Shown piece after piece: positions 26,339 through 34,884 of a stretch of 40,768 nucleotides of DNA; within the stretch, counting starts at the first letter, position 1, and every line of letters starts with the position of its first letter. This stretch comes from Bacteroidales bacterium. GTDB taxonomy: Bacteria > Bacteroidota > Bacteroidia > Bacteroidales > UBA1402. The DNA lies in assembly GCA_045599885.1 (NCBI GenBank), contig JAZRWU010000100.1, forward strand, positions 1-40,768, written 5' to 3'. The position numbers and the translations under genes were made by a program. The notes under the pieces were generated by a model, which was given only the letters and a program-made list of their open reading frames with translations, made no database searches and was not told the origin of the DNA.

Positions 26339-27139
26339 ATGAAAATTCACATCCCGATTATCAGCCTGGTCTTATGTCTGGTGACAGTCAGTTCATGCTC
26401 ACTGAAACGCAGAGTCACCGTGAATTCCAATGACAAGAATCCTATCGCCATCGTTCTTGAGAAACAACAGGGCATCCACGATATGGATTCTAAAGTCAAC
26501 ATCAGTATTGACCAGCCAGGGTTAAGACTCGGAGGCCAAATCAAGATGACAGAGGACAGTTGCGCATGGGCTTCCATTCAGGCTTTTCTGGGAATCGAGG
26601 CGGCCAGGGCCATGCTGACGCAAGAACGGTTCCAGCTCATCAACAGATTGCAGAAAACCGTGATTGACTTTCCTTTGGCGGAAATCGGTCAGGAGTATGC
26701 CCGTCAAGCTGTTCCCGCACTGACCTGTATTTTAATGAACAGAGTGTTCATCCCTTTGGAAAAGTCTTTCTCATCCAACGCTTTCCGCACAGAGAATAAA
26801 GACGGACTTTGCCATGCCGAAGTATTTTCAAATGGCATCAGAAGTATTTTCACCATTGACCAAAACCAACGGTTGATTGAATCTTCCTTCACGCTCACAG
26901 CCTTTAATTGGAACGCAAAGGTGACATATTCTGATTTCAGAACAATAGAAGTCAATGGTTCTCCGATGGATTTCCCTTTTCATCTGGATTTCATGGTAAG
27001 ATTGACCAATACTGATTATTATCATGCCGCTCTGGATCTCAACAAGCCTGTTTTCAATTCCAACCCGGACTATCCCTTTGAAATCACGTCTTCGTACCGA
27101 AAAGCAAGCATTTCAGAGTTAATGATGTTTCGTCCCTGA
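26339..27139 (+). CDS. DUF4292-like (LolB-fold-like) lipoprotein
   Basis: The lipoprotein signal is MKIHIPIISLVLCLVTVSSC. Its position between the TPR gene and the M23 gene matches the conserved Bacteroidales neighbourhood. The family call is from memory of that synteny and pattern. Confidence 0.6.
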   Translation: MKIHIPIISLVLCLVTVSSCSLKRRVTVNSNDKNPIAIVLEKQQGIHDMDSKVNISIDQPGLRLGGQIKMTEDSCAWASIQAFLGIEAARAMLTQERFQLINRLQKTVIDFPLAEIGQEYARQAVPALTCILMNRVFIPLEKSFSSNAFRTENKDGLCHAEVFSNGIRSIFTIDQNQRLIESSFTLTAFNWNAKVTYSDFRTIEVNGSPMDFPFHLDFMVRLTNTDYYHAALDLNKPVFNSNPDYPFEITSSYRKASISELMMFRP

Positions 27140-27157
27140 TTCTTCAGTTGTTCAATC

Positions 27158-28390
27158 ATGGCACATTTTCCTCGGATACTTCTTCTCCTTTCCGTTCTCC
27201 TGACTTTGGGCGCGGGCTTAAATGCTCAGACTCTTTCCGAGTATCGCAAACAGCATCAGGCAGTGATGAATGAAATCAAAAAAAACGAAGAGGCTTTGAA
27301 TTCCAACAAAAAGAGCCTCAAGAACTTACTATACCAATTCAATACTATAGACAAGAAAGTCAAGGAATCCGAAAAGTATCTCAGCCAACTGAAAGAAGAG
27401 TACCAGAAAACGGAATTGGAACTTTCCTCGTTGCAAAAAGAGTGTCGGCAGATTGAGGAAGACATTAAATCGAGAAGTGAGCAATATGCGAAAATGGTCC
27501 GTCAGCTGTATCTCAAATTGGGTGACAACGACAAGCTGATGTTTATTTTTTCTGCCCAGGATTTCGGACAGAGCCTGAGACGCATACGCTATTTGAATGA
27601 ATATTCCCGATATGAACGCAGACAAGCCGAAACGCTGAAGGAGAAAAAAGCCGAATTGGAGCGGCTCCAGGCACAATTGCTTGAAAAACAACAGCTCCAA
27701 GCCTCTTTGCTGGCAGAGCAGGAAAACGAGAATAACCTGCTGAGCAAAGAACGCAGCCGCCAGGATTCCATGGTGCGTGATATGAAACAAAAGGGCAATG
27801 CCCTCAACTCGGAGTTGAAACGCCAGCAACAGAAAGCCGAAAAATTAAACCGGCAAATCGAGAAAATCATTGCCGAAGAAAACCGCAAATCCCAACCCAA
27901 AGACGGGAAAAACAGAACGGCTGAAACTGTCGGAGGCTATGCGATGACGGTGGATGAAAAGAAATTGGCCGATGAATTCGGGAAAAACAAAGGCGCTCTG
28001 CCATTCCCCGTTTCCCAACCTGGTCATATCATCGTCCATTACGGCCAACAGAAACATCTGGATATGAAATATGTCCAAACCAACAGTAATGGAATAGATA
28101 TTCAGACTTCAGCAGGAGCATCGGCCAAAAGCATTTTCAAAGGCGAAGTGTCGAAAATCTTTTCCGTGCAAGGCTCCAACTATTCCATTATCGTAAGGCA
28201 CGGCAATTATCTCAGTGTCTATTCCAACATCGATCAGGTGAATGTCAAGACAGGACAAAAGGTCAAGACAGGCGAGATTTTGGGACGTATCTATACTGAC
28301 AATGAACAAGGCGGCCTGACCATCCTTCAACTTCAAGTCTGGAAAGATTTGCAGAGACTTGACCCGGAAGAATGGCTGAAACGACTGTGA
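27158..28390 (+). CDS. M23 family peptidoglycan metalloendopeptidase with an N-terminal coiled coil (EnvC-like)
   Basis: Signal peptide, then about 230 aa of heptad-rich coiled coil (LSQLKEEYQKTELELSSLQKE...). The C-terminal LytM/M23 domain is GIDIQTSAGASAKSIFKGEV...IIVRHGNYLSVYSNI. Confidence 0.85.
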   Translation: MAHFPRILLLLSVLLTLGAGLNAQTLSEYRKQHQAVMNEIKKNEEALNSNKKSLKNLLYQFNTIDKKVKESEKYLSQLKEEYQKTELELSSLQKECRQIEEDIKSRSEQYAKMVRQLYLKLGDNDKLMFIFSAQDFGQSLRRIRYLNEYSRYERRQAETLKEKKAELERLQAQLLEKQQLQASLLAEQENENNLLSKERSRQDSMVRDMKQKGNALNSELKRQQQKAEKLNRQIEKIIAEENRKSQPKDGKNRTAETVGGYAMTVDEKKLADEFGKNKGALPFPVSQPGHIIVHYGQQKHLDMKYVQTNSNGIDIQTSAGASAKSIFKGEVSKIFSVQGSNYSIIVRHGNYLSVYSNIDQVNVKTGQKVKTGEILGRIYTDNEQGGLTILQLQVWKDLQRLDPEEWLKRL

Positions 28391-28407
28391 TTGATATGAT
28401 CCGAAAG

Positions 28408-29478
28408 CTAAATCACCAAACCATTCAGCAACCGCCAATACAAATCCATTCCCTGACGCATCTCCGACAGACATATATACTCGTCTGAGGTATGGGAGCG
28501 AAGAGAATCACCAGGCCCCAATTTCAAGGAAGGACAGCTCATTCTTGATTGATCGGAGAGCGTGGGGGAGCCGTACAGTTCCATCCCCAAATCGCGACAA
28601 CGGCACACCAACGGATGCTGGGGATCTATCCGGGAAGAACCCAACCTGAAAGAGCGCGCCTCCACCTCACAGCCATATTCCTCACAGACTTGAGAACATA
28701 TCCACTGATACAGTTCCTGATTGGTATAACACTCATTGACACGCACATCGACCGTGAAATGACATTCATCAGGAATAATATTATGTTTTGTCCCCGACTG
28801 GACAATTGTGACCGACATGCGGACCGGGCCAAGAAACTCAGAGACTCGTGGAACCTGAGTTGTCTGAAACCACGAAATAACCGGAATGGCTTTATATATG
28901 GCGTTGACACCGGTAGTATGAGCCGCATGACCACTTACACCGCGCAGGGTACAATCCAACACCATCAGACCTTTTTCGGCAATAGCAGCATGCATTTGAG
29001 TAGGCTCACCCACTATCGCCAAATTGATAGAAGGCAGCGAAGGCATCAATAATTCAATCCCGTTTTTCCCTGTGATTTCTTCTTCGCAACTCAGTCCAAG
29101 TATCAGGTTATAAGCTTGAACGGGAGCCTGTTCCCGAATTCTCAGAAATGTCTGAAGCAGACAGCACAAAGGCGCACCGGCATCGTTGCTTCCCAGACCA
29201 TACAGACGGTCTCCTTCAAGAGTGGGCACAAAAGGCGGATAGGTCCACGCATTAGAAGCGGCGACAGTATCGATATGAGAATTGAGAAGTATCGTCGGCT
29301 TGGAGTCATCGTGGGAGAATGCCTCACACCAGAGATTGTTTCCGACACGATGGACACAGCAAGCGTGTTGAATGAGATACCGCTCCATAAAATCAGCCGC
29401 ATTCCCTTCCTCTTTGCTTTGTGAAGGGATAGAAATCAGCGACTTTAGCAATTCTACTGCCTCATTCAAGTATTCCAT
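28408..29478 (-). CDS. M20 family metallo-hydrolase (ArgE/DapE-like deacylase)
   Basis: LLKSLISIPSQSKEEGNAADFM...LLNSHIDTV...GSNDAGAPL...CEEEITG...GHAAH are the M20 metal-ligand motifs. Confidence 0.8.
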   Translation of the reverse strand: MEYLNEAVELLKSLISIPSQSKEEGNAADFMERYLIQHACCVHRVGNNLWCEAFSHDDSKPTILLNSHIDTVAASNAWTYPPFVPTLEGDRLYGLGSNDAGAPLCCLLQTFLRIREQAPVQAYNLILGLSCEEEITGKNGIELLMPSLPSINLAIVGEPTQMHAAIAEKGLMVLDCTLRGVSGHAAHTTGVNAIYKAIPVISWFQTTQVPRVSEFLGPVRMSVTIVQSGTKHNIIPDECHFTVDVRVNECYTNQELYQWICSQVCEEYGCEVEARSFRLGSSRIDPQHPLVCRCRDLGMELYGSPTLSDQSRMSCPSLKLGPGDSLRSHTSDEYICLSEMRQGMDLYWRLLNGLVI

Positions 29479-29487
29479 TTCAAAAAA

Positions 29488-30528
29488 TCATGATGACTTG
29501 ACCACACTCTGGCGTGATTTCCAACGTTCCCGGGCATACTGCTGCAAATCGCTTACCTCATCGTTCTCATCGATTATCTCCAATCCCAAAATCGTCTCGA
29601 TGATGTCTTCTAAAGTCAGAATCCCTTGGAAACAGCCATATTCATCAATGATGACTGAAATCTGCTCTTTCCCCTCCAGAAGCGACTCCCAGATATCGCT
29701 TATGGAAGTTTCCAAATCGAAAAAGTGAATCTCACGTTTTATCGCACTCAACGGCACATCAAACTTATCGTCAGCCAAATACTGCAAAGCCTCGTTGCGT
29801 AGAATATATCCGGTAATGAATTCAGGCGAGTCGGAATACACAGGTATCCGAGAATGATGGAGGTAGATATTATCCTTATAGAAAGCCTTCATCGTCATGG
29901 ATTCCGAAGCAATCGCTGAAACCACCCGTGGAGTCATCGCATCTTCAGCCTTAATGCTGTCGAGTTTTATAAGATTCTGAATGATTTTATTCTCATTCTC
30001 CTCAAAAACGCCTTCTTCTTCGCCGACATTCACCATAGCGGAAACCTCTTCACGCGAAACAGTCGCTTCTGCTTCTTTCGGAGTAAACCAACGGCTGATA
30101 TTCTGAATCAACCAAACCAAAGGATACATGATGATAATCAGAACACGGATGATGGCCGCAGTCAGACCCATCAGATTTTTCCAATGCGTTGTTCCGATGG
30201 TTTTGGGGATAATCTCTGAAAAAATGAGAATCAACAGCGTGGTTACGGCGGAGACATAGCCGAAATACTCATTTCCGAATACCTCGGTGGCTTGCATACC
30301 GACACCGGCCGCTCCTATCGTATTGGCAATAGTATTCAAGGACAATATGGCGGCGATAGGCTTGTCGATATCCTGTTTGTATTTTTTAAAACGGCTCGCC
30401 GGCTTATAACCTTCCTCCTCACGCATGGTGATGTAAGAAATCGGCGTGGACATCAACACAGATTCCAAAATGGAGCATACAAACGATATGCCCATCGCAC
30501 CGAGAAGAAAAAGGAGCAGAAGACCCAT
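29488..30528 (-). CDS. CNNM/DUF21 transmembrane domain plus CBS-pair protein (hemolysin-family/CorB-like)
   Basis: The N-terminal DUF21 membrane domain includes SILESVLMS...LSLNTIANTIGAAG. A CBS pair follows (AEDAMTPRVV...ISVIIDEYGCFQGILTLEDIIETILG). Confidence 0.85.
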   Translation of the reverse strand: MGLLLLFLLGAMGISFVCSILESVLMSTPISYITMREEEGYKPASRFKKYKQDIDKPIAAILSLNTIANTIGAAGVGMQATEVFGNEYFGYVSAVTTLLILIFSEIIPKTIGTTHWKNLMGLTAAIIRVLIIIMYPLVWLIQNISRWFTPKEAEATVSREEVSAMVNVGEEEGVFEENENKIIQNLIKLDSIKAEDAMTPRVVSAIASESMTMKAFYKDNIYLHHSRIPVYSDSPEFITGYILRNEALQYLADDKFDVPLSAIKREIHFFDLETSISDIWESLLEGKEQISVIIDEYGCFQGILTLEDIIETILGLEIIDENDEVSDLQQYARERWKSRQSVVKSS

Positions 30529-30535
30529 ATATGGC

Positions 30536-31174
30536 TTATTTTACGAACTGAATCTTATTCAGATCACGAGGCTTGGCTTCGGGAGCCTCATCAGGATAAC
30601 CAATCGCCAAAATATATTGCAATTCATATCCTTCACTGAAATTCAATTTCTTATAATATTCAGCCGCCTGAGGATGGCGAGCAAGGAACTCAACCGGGCC
30701 TCCCAGACAACAGGTTCCCAAACCGAATGAATAAGCCGCCAGCATCATATTCTCTCCCATCAGTCCGGTGTCAATTCCGGCATAACGTGAAGGCAAGGCA
30801 GCCACACAAATGATGGCCGGAGCATTGCGGAACATATTCTTAAAACCGGCATCTCTGGCCACTGCTTCAGGATAAACGGCTTTATACACTGCCGATACCC
30901 CATTGATGAAAGCTGGATCATCCACAATGCGGACTTCCCAACGTTGGGCATTCATGGCATTCGGAGCATTCACCCCGCACTCGGCCACTTTCTGAAGCAA
31001 TTCACGCGGCACCTGTTTGTCCTGATATTCGCGTATCGAGCGGCGGGCCATAATGGCTTCCACAACAGCATTTTCAGATTTGCCGGCAACAGCGGCCGAT
31101 TTAGTCTTGGCAGAACTGGTAAACATCATAGCAGACAATGCGATTACACAAAATAATAAATGGTTTTTCTTCAT
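30536..31174 (-). CDS. nitroreductase family protein with an N-terminal signal peptide
   Basis: MKKNHLLFCVIALSAMMFTSSAKT is followed by the nitroreductase fold start IMARRSIREYQDKQVPRELL...APNAMNAQRWE. Confidence 0.85.
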   Translation of the reverse strand: MKKNHLLFCVIALSAMMFTSSAKTKSAAVAGKSENAVVEAIMARRSIREYQDKQVPRELLQKVAECGVNAPNAMNAQRWEVRIVDDPAFINGVSAVYKAVYPEAVARDAGFKNMFRNAPAIICVAALPSRYAGIDTGLMGENMMLAAYSFGLGTCCLGGPVEFLARHPQAAEYYKKLNFSEGYELQYILAIGYPDEAPEAKPRDLNKIQFVK

Positions 31175-31193
31175 AATCCGGATTTTATTGTCG

Positions 31194-31201
31194 CAAAGTT
31201 A
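31194..31201 (-). promoter_or_regulatory. -7 promoter box (TAACTTTG) for the nitroreductase-CNNM-M20 unit
   Basis: The reverse complement of caaagtta matches TAnnTTTG, about 20 nt upstream of ATG 31174. Confidence 0.4.
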
Positions 31202-31223
31202 TACATAATTCCACCATACTACA

Positions 31224-31286
31224 AAAACTGCCGCATCTTTCGACACGGCAGTTTTCTTCATATAGGATTGGAAATCATCCAATCCT
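31224..31286 (-). terminator. tandem hairpins after aqpZ; the distal one is a rho-independent terminator
   Basis: Hairpin 1 has stem aggattgga (31264..31272) pairing with tccaatcct (31278..31286), and touches the stop codon. Hairpin 2 has stem aaaactgccg (31224..31233) pairing with cggcagtttt (31246..31255). On the minus-strand RNA its 3' arm ends in a U-run. Confidence 0.7.
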
Positions 31287-31966
31287 TATTCAGCCTTCTT
31301 GCAGCACTTGCATTCACCGCCGAGGCAAGCCCAAACAAGAGCTGCGAGAGCGCCACCTGCAAGAGGAGCCACGATGAATACCCAGACATTGGCCAGAGCT
31401 TCTCCACCTACGAAGAGGGCCGGACCGAATGAACGGGCAGGATTAACGGAAGTACCGGTAAGGTTGATGCATACAAGATGGATGAGGACCAGAGTAAGGC
31501 CGATAGCAAGACCGGCAAGGTTGCCTGCACCCTTCTTTTCGTCGGTCGTACCGAGAACTACGAGAACGAAAAGGAACGTAGCGATAATCTCGACCAAAAT
31601 AGCACCGCAAGCACCATTCACACCGCCGAAACCATTCGCTCCACCCATTTCAAAATTGCTGACAGAGCAAATCCAAAAAAGAATGGCCGCACCGGCGATA
31701 CCGCCCAGGAACTGGCCGATCCAATAACCGCAGGCATCCTTCCATGTCATTCTCTTGCTGAGAGCGACACCAAGGGTGATAGCAGGATTGATGTGGCATC
31801 CTGAAATGCCGCCGATGGTATATGCCATGGCGATAACTGAAAGACCAAACGCTGCAGCCGTAGCGAAAACGCCTGCCGGCTCACCACAACCTACGAAAAC
31901 GGCTGTACCGCAACCCAGGAGCGTCAGAGCCAAAGTTCCGATGAATTCTGCAAAATACTTTTTCAT
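31286..31966 (-). CDS. aqpZ: aquaporin Z / MIP-family water channel
   Basis: MKKYFAEFIGT is the typical start. Both NPA boxes are present (HINPAITL and SVNPARSF). ATG 31966 is preferred over the upstream extension to 32011. Confidence 0.9.
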   Translation of the reverse strand: MKKYFAEFIGTLALTLLGCGTAVFVGCGEPAGVFATAAAFGLSVIAMAYTIGGISGCHINPAITLGVALSKRMTWKDACGYWIGQFLGGIAGAAILFWICSVSNFEMGGANGFGGVNGACGAILVEIIATFLFVLVVLGTTDEKKGAGNLAGLAIGLTLVLIHLVCINLTGTSVNPARSFGPALFVGGEALANVWVFIVAPLAGGALAALVWACLGGECKCCKKAE

Positions 31967-32008
31967 ACTGTTAATAATAAAAAGAATAAGACGTCTTTTC
32001 TGAATAGG

Positions 32009-32016
32009 CAAATATA
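32009..32016 (-). promoter_or_regulatory. -7 promoter box (TATATTTG) for aqpZ
   Basis: The reverse complement of caaatata matches TAnnTTTG, about 43 nt upstream of ATG 31966. It lies inside the rejected N-terminal extension. Confidence 0.4.
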
Positions 32017-32078
32017 TAGTGTGTTCTATAAATTTCCACCAAAATCGGTAATTTTTTTTGAAACCGTTTCAGAAACTG

Positions 32079-32543
32079 TCAAATCGGATAAATACCGGCC
32101 TCCACAAATTGTATCAGGTCATTGGGACAGAGCTTCAACTGCAGTCCCCGCTGTCCGGCACTGATGAAAATATAATCATACAGAAGGCAGCTCTCATGAA
32201 TAAAAGTCGGCAACTTTTTTTTCATTCCAATCGGTGAACAGCCGCCCCTGACATATCCCGTGTTGGGCAACAATTCTTTCATGTGAAGCATCTCGCAGCT
32301 TTTATTCCCGGATATTCTGGCGGCGACTTTCAAATCGACTTCAAAATCGCCAGGAATGACACACACAAACATTCCGGTCTTCTCACCTCTGAGGACCAGG
32401 GTTTTGAAAACCGTATCGATATCTTCGTTGAGTTCTCTGGCGACATGCTGCGCGGACAAATCATCCTCTGTATATTCGTATGGAATCAGCTCGTATGAGA
32501 TTCCGGCGGCATCCAGCAAACGGGCGGCATTTGTTTTGAGCAT
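32079..32543 (-). CDS. ybaK: Cys-tRNA(Pro)/Cys-tRNA(Cys) deacylase YbaK
   Basis: From ATG 32543, MLKTNAARLLDAAGISYELIPYEY aligns with the E. coli YbaK N-terminus. GYVRGGCSPIGMKKKLPTFI is the conserved editing-site loop. The 30-aa upstream extension in the track is not conserved-looking. Confidence 0.85.
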   Translation of the reverse strand: MLKTNAARLLDAAGISYELIPYEYTEDDLSAQHVARELNEDIDTVFKTLVLRGEKTGMFVCVIPGDFEVDLKVAARISGNKSCEMLHMKELLPNTGYVRGGCSPIGMKKKLPTFIHESCLLYDYIFISAGQRGLQLKLCPNDLIQFVEAGIYPI

Positions 32544-32714
32544 CACATTTCCATTTCTGTACATGGCGAAATTATACATTATTTTCCTAACGGGGACCAT
32601 CCCAGATACTTTTTTGAGAACCGTTTTGTCCATCGCTCCCGAAGAATGGCGGAATGTTTGGATGAAAACGCAGAAAAAATTATTTTGTGATAAGATTATT
32701 AAACAGCTTCTGAG

Positions 32715-32722
32715 TACTTTTG
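32715..32722 (+). promoter_or_regulatory. -7 promoter box (TACTTTTG) for the nuclease gene
   Basis: Exact TAnnTTTG match about 18 nt upstream of ATG 32740. Confidence 0.4.
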
Positions 32723-32739
32723 CGAAAACTATCTGACAA

Positions 32740-33600
32740 ATGAAAAAGAAATTGTCCGCCTTGGCCTTATGCGTTCTGGCTGTTGTCTATTTTGTATTCT
32801 TCTCACCCGACAACGAAAAGAACACAGAACAGGAAAGCAGTATCTCTGAACTGTTTTCCGGATTCTCCAACTCCACTTCTCCGTCACAGAACAGCCAATA
32901 TTATGAAACAGAGGATAACAGTTTGATGGAACTTCCCGCGATGGCCTACAATGACATTATTCTGCGGCATGAAGGCTATATATGCTGTTATAATACTGAA
33001 AGATGTATCCCCAATTGGGTGGCTTGGGAACTGACGGAAGAGGAAAGCTATGGCGACTTGGAAAGAGATGGTGTGTTCGGTTGGGACAGCAGCTTCAAAG
33101 GGCATCAGGCGGCCAGAGAAGACTACAACAATTCAGGATGGGATAAAGGACACATGGCTCCTGCCGGCGATATGAAATGGTCGGAGAAAGCCATGGAAGA
33201 GTGTTTCCTGCTTATCAATATTTGTCCTCAAAACCATGAATTCAACAAGAATGACTGGAATTATCTTGAAAAGAAAAGCCGCTATTGGGCACAGAAATAT
33301 GGAAAGCTTTACATCGTCTGCGGTCCGATTGTCACCGACAACCATTTCGGTACTATAGGAGACAACAAAGTGACCGTTCCAGATGGTTTCTTCAAAGTGT
33401 TTCTGGCACAAAGAGGCTCACGCTGGCAATCTATCGGCTTCGTATTCCAAAACATCCCCGACAGTCAGCCCGTGCGTCAGAATGCTCATTCCGTCAATGA
33501 GATAGAGGAATCCCTCGGCTATGATTTCTTCCCCGCCTTATCCGACAAATACGAGGAATCCGTCGAGTCTCAAGTCAATCTGAAGGATTGGGGATTATAA
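32740..33600 (+). CDS. secreted DNA/RNA non-specific endonuclease (NucA/EndoG family)
   Basis: Signal/anchor MKKKLSALALCVLAVVYFVFF. The beta-beta-alpha-Me active site is SGWDKGHMAPAGD...NICPQNHEFNKNDWNYLE. Confidence 0.85.
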   Translation: MKKKLSALALCVLAVVYFVFFSPDNEKNTEQESSISELFSGFSNSTSPSQNSQYYETEDNSLMELPAMAYNDIILRHEGYICCYNTERCIPNWVAWELTEEESYGDLERDGVFGWDSSFKGHQAAREDYNNSGWDKGHMAPAGDMKWSEKAMEECFLLINICPQNHEFNKNDWNYLEKKSRYWAQKYGKLYIVCGPIVTDNHFGTIGDNKVTVPDGFFKVFLAQRGSRWQSIGFVFQNIPDSQPVRQNAHSVNEIEESLGYDFFPALSDKYEESVESQVNLKDWGL

Positions 33601-33611
33601 TTCCCTGTTTG

Positions 33612-34238
33612 CTATGGAATATTGATAAAGTTTCTTATCAGTCCGTTGACGATGTCCGGTCTGTCGGTGTTGGAATTATGCCCGGCTTCGGGAATCCATT
33701 CAAGGGGAAGATTCTCGCCTTTTGCCCAACGACGGTTGAATGATTCAGTGTCGCCGGCCTTGTCCTTTTTGCCGCAAATCAGCAGGCAGGGGCAATCGAT
33801 TCCGTACGGCAGATCCTCTTCGATGGCCTCAGCCAGCAGACTGTATCCATGACCGACAAGTTTGACATAATAAGCGGTCTCTTCCGAATATTGCTTCATC
33901 ATCCGAGCCATCAGATTCCGTCCATAAGTTGTCTCAGCTGTACCCCAGGCACCTTGTTTGACAAGCAGACGCCATGGATAAATCCGATACAGCGGTTCAA
34001 TGTGGCGCAGGAGGCTCAGTTCCCAACCGGGATAATATTTCTTCTTGAGTGGAGCGGAGTCAATGCTGATAAAGCCGCCGGCTTCACCCGGAAAATAATG
34101 CAGAAAGGCCTGAGACACATATCCTCCCATCGACTGCCCCACAAGTATAGGCTTGACAATGCCTTCCTTCTCCAATATTGCGTGCAGCCATACAGCCTTG
34201 TCCTTCAGCGAAAAATCGGTTCGTATTCGCCTCCCCAC
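33612..34238 (-). CDS. alpha/beta hydrolase lacking its N-terminal ~60 aa (possible gene remnant)
   Basis: The nucleophile elbow GQSMGG begins at residue 34 of a 208-aa ORF. The Asp (CGKKDKAGD) and His (EAGHNSN) regions are present. The only start is GTG 34238, inside the upstream gene. The frame is closed by TGA at 34260..34262. Confidence 0.6.
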   Translation of the reverse strand: MGRRIRTDFSLKDKAVWLHAILEKEGIVKPILVGQSMGGYVSQAFLHYFPGEAGGFISIDSAPLKKKYYPGWELSLLRHIEPLYRIYPWRLLVKQGAWGTAETTYGRNLMARMMKQYSEETAYYVKLVGHGYSLLAEAIEEDLPYGIDCPCLLICGKKDKAGDTESFNRRWAKGENLPLEWIPEAGHNSNTDRPDIVNGLIRNFINIP

Positions 34239-34792
34239 AGTTCCAGAAAACGAAGGAAATCATTCCGGCTGATGACCACGCTGGCCGTGTTGTCGCAAGG
34301 ATGAAAACTCAACTTTTCCGCATGGAGAAGAGCTTCGTCAAAGAAAAACTTCACTCTGTGGCCATTCTCGAACAATTCTCTGGAATCGGCGACATGAACC
34401 GCTCCATCAACCGCATCTTGCGACAAAACACCCTTTATGTCCGATGATGGCACCAGATTCATATCGTGAATCAAGCCGAAGGGTGACACACTTCCCGGCA
34501 ACAGCCCCAAACAGCGTTCCATACGCTCAGAGGATGCAAAAGAGAGTTTGCCTTGGTGAAGAAGATGCTCCAGACTATGGATGTCCAAAGTCTTATGACA
34601 CTCAAAAGAGACCAGATAATGCCGGTTCCCCTTATGATTCCGGAAAAAAAGATTCTTGCAATGGGTCGCTTTGATATCCTTCCAATACTCCAATGCGATT
34701 TCGATTGTCGGAAGCGGAGGATGCATGAACAGTTCGTATTCAATCTCATTCGCCTCAAGAAAATCCAAAACCTCCTGTATTCTTCCGTTCAT
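34205..34792 (-). CDS. prolyl-tRNA synthetase-associated (ProX/YbaK-superfamily) trans-editing domain protein
   Basis: HCKNLFFRNHKGNRHYLV...LGLLPGSVSPFGLIHD...LSFHPCDNTASVVI is the typical pattern of free-standing ProX-like editing domains. ATG start. Confidence 0.8.
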   Translation of the reverse strand: MNGRIQEVLDFLEANEIEYELFMHPPLPTIEIALEYWKDIKATHCKNLFFRNHKGNRHYLVSFECHKTLDIHSLEHLLHQGKLSFASSERMERCLGLLPGSVSPFGLIHDMNLVPSSDIKGVLSQDAVDGAVHVADSRELFENGHRVKFFFDEALLHAEKLSFHPCDNTASVVISRNDFLRFLELWGGEYEPIFR

Positions 34793-34814
34793 TGATTCTT
34801 TCTTGTTTTGGGCA

Positions 34815-34822
34815 CAAAATTA
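34815..34822 (-). promoter_or_regulatory. -7 promoter box (TAATTTTG) for the ProX-like gene
   Basis: The reverse complement of caaaatta matches TAnnTTTG, about 22 nt upstream of ATG 34792. Confidence 0.4.
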
Positions 34823-34844
34823 AAAGTTGTTTCTTTATTTTCCC

Positions 34845-34852
34845 TACCTTTG
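34845..34852 (+). promoter_or_regulatory. -7 promoter box (TACCTTTG) for prfB
   Basis: Exact TAnnTTTG match about 33 nt upstream of ATG 34885. This supports the shorter prfB start. Confidence 0.4.
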
Positions 34853-34884
34853 TGGCATTATACACATACGACCTCTGTATTATT

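Noticed and set aside
27329-27829. 166-aa minus-strand ORF and neighbouring minus-strand ORFs
   Set aside because: They are antisense to the coiled-coil region of the M23 peptidase. Open antisense frames are expected in low-complexity, K/E/Q-rich coding sequence.
32062-32074. Short palindrome tgaaaccgtttca just downstream of the ybaK stop
   Set aside because: It has 6-bp arms with a 1-nt centre, so it cannot form a stable RNA hairpin. It is too short to call a binding site without comparative evidence.
32544-32633. The 30-codon N-terminal extension of ybaK in the ORF track
   Set aside because: Alignment to the E. coli YbaK N-terminus begins at the Met at 32543, and the extension has no conserved features.
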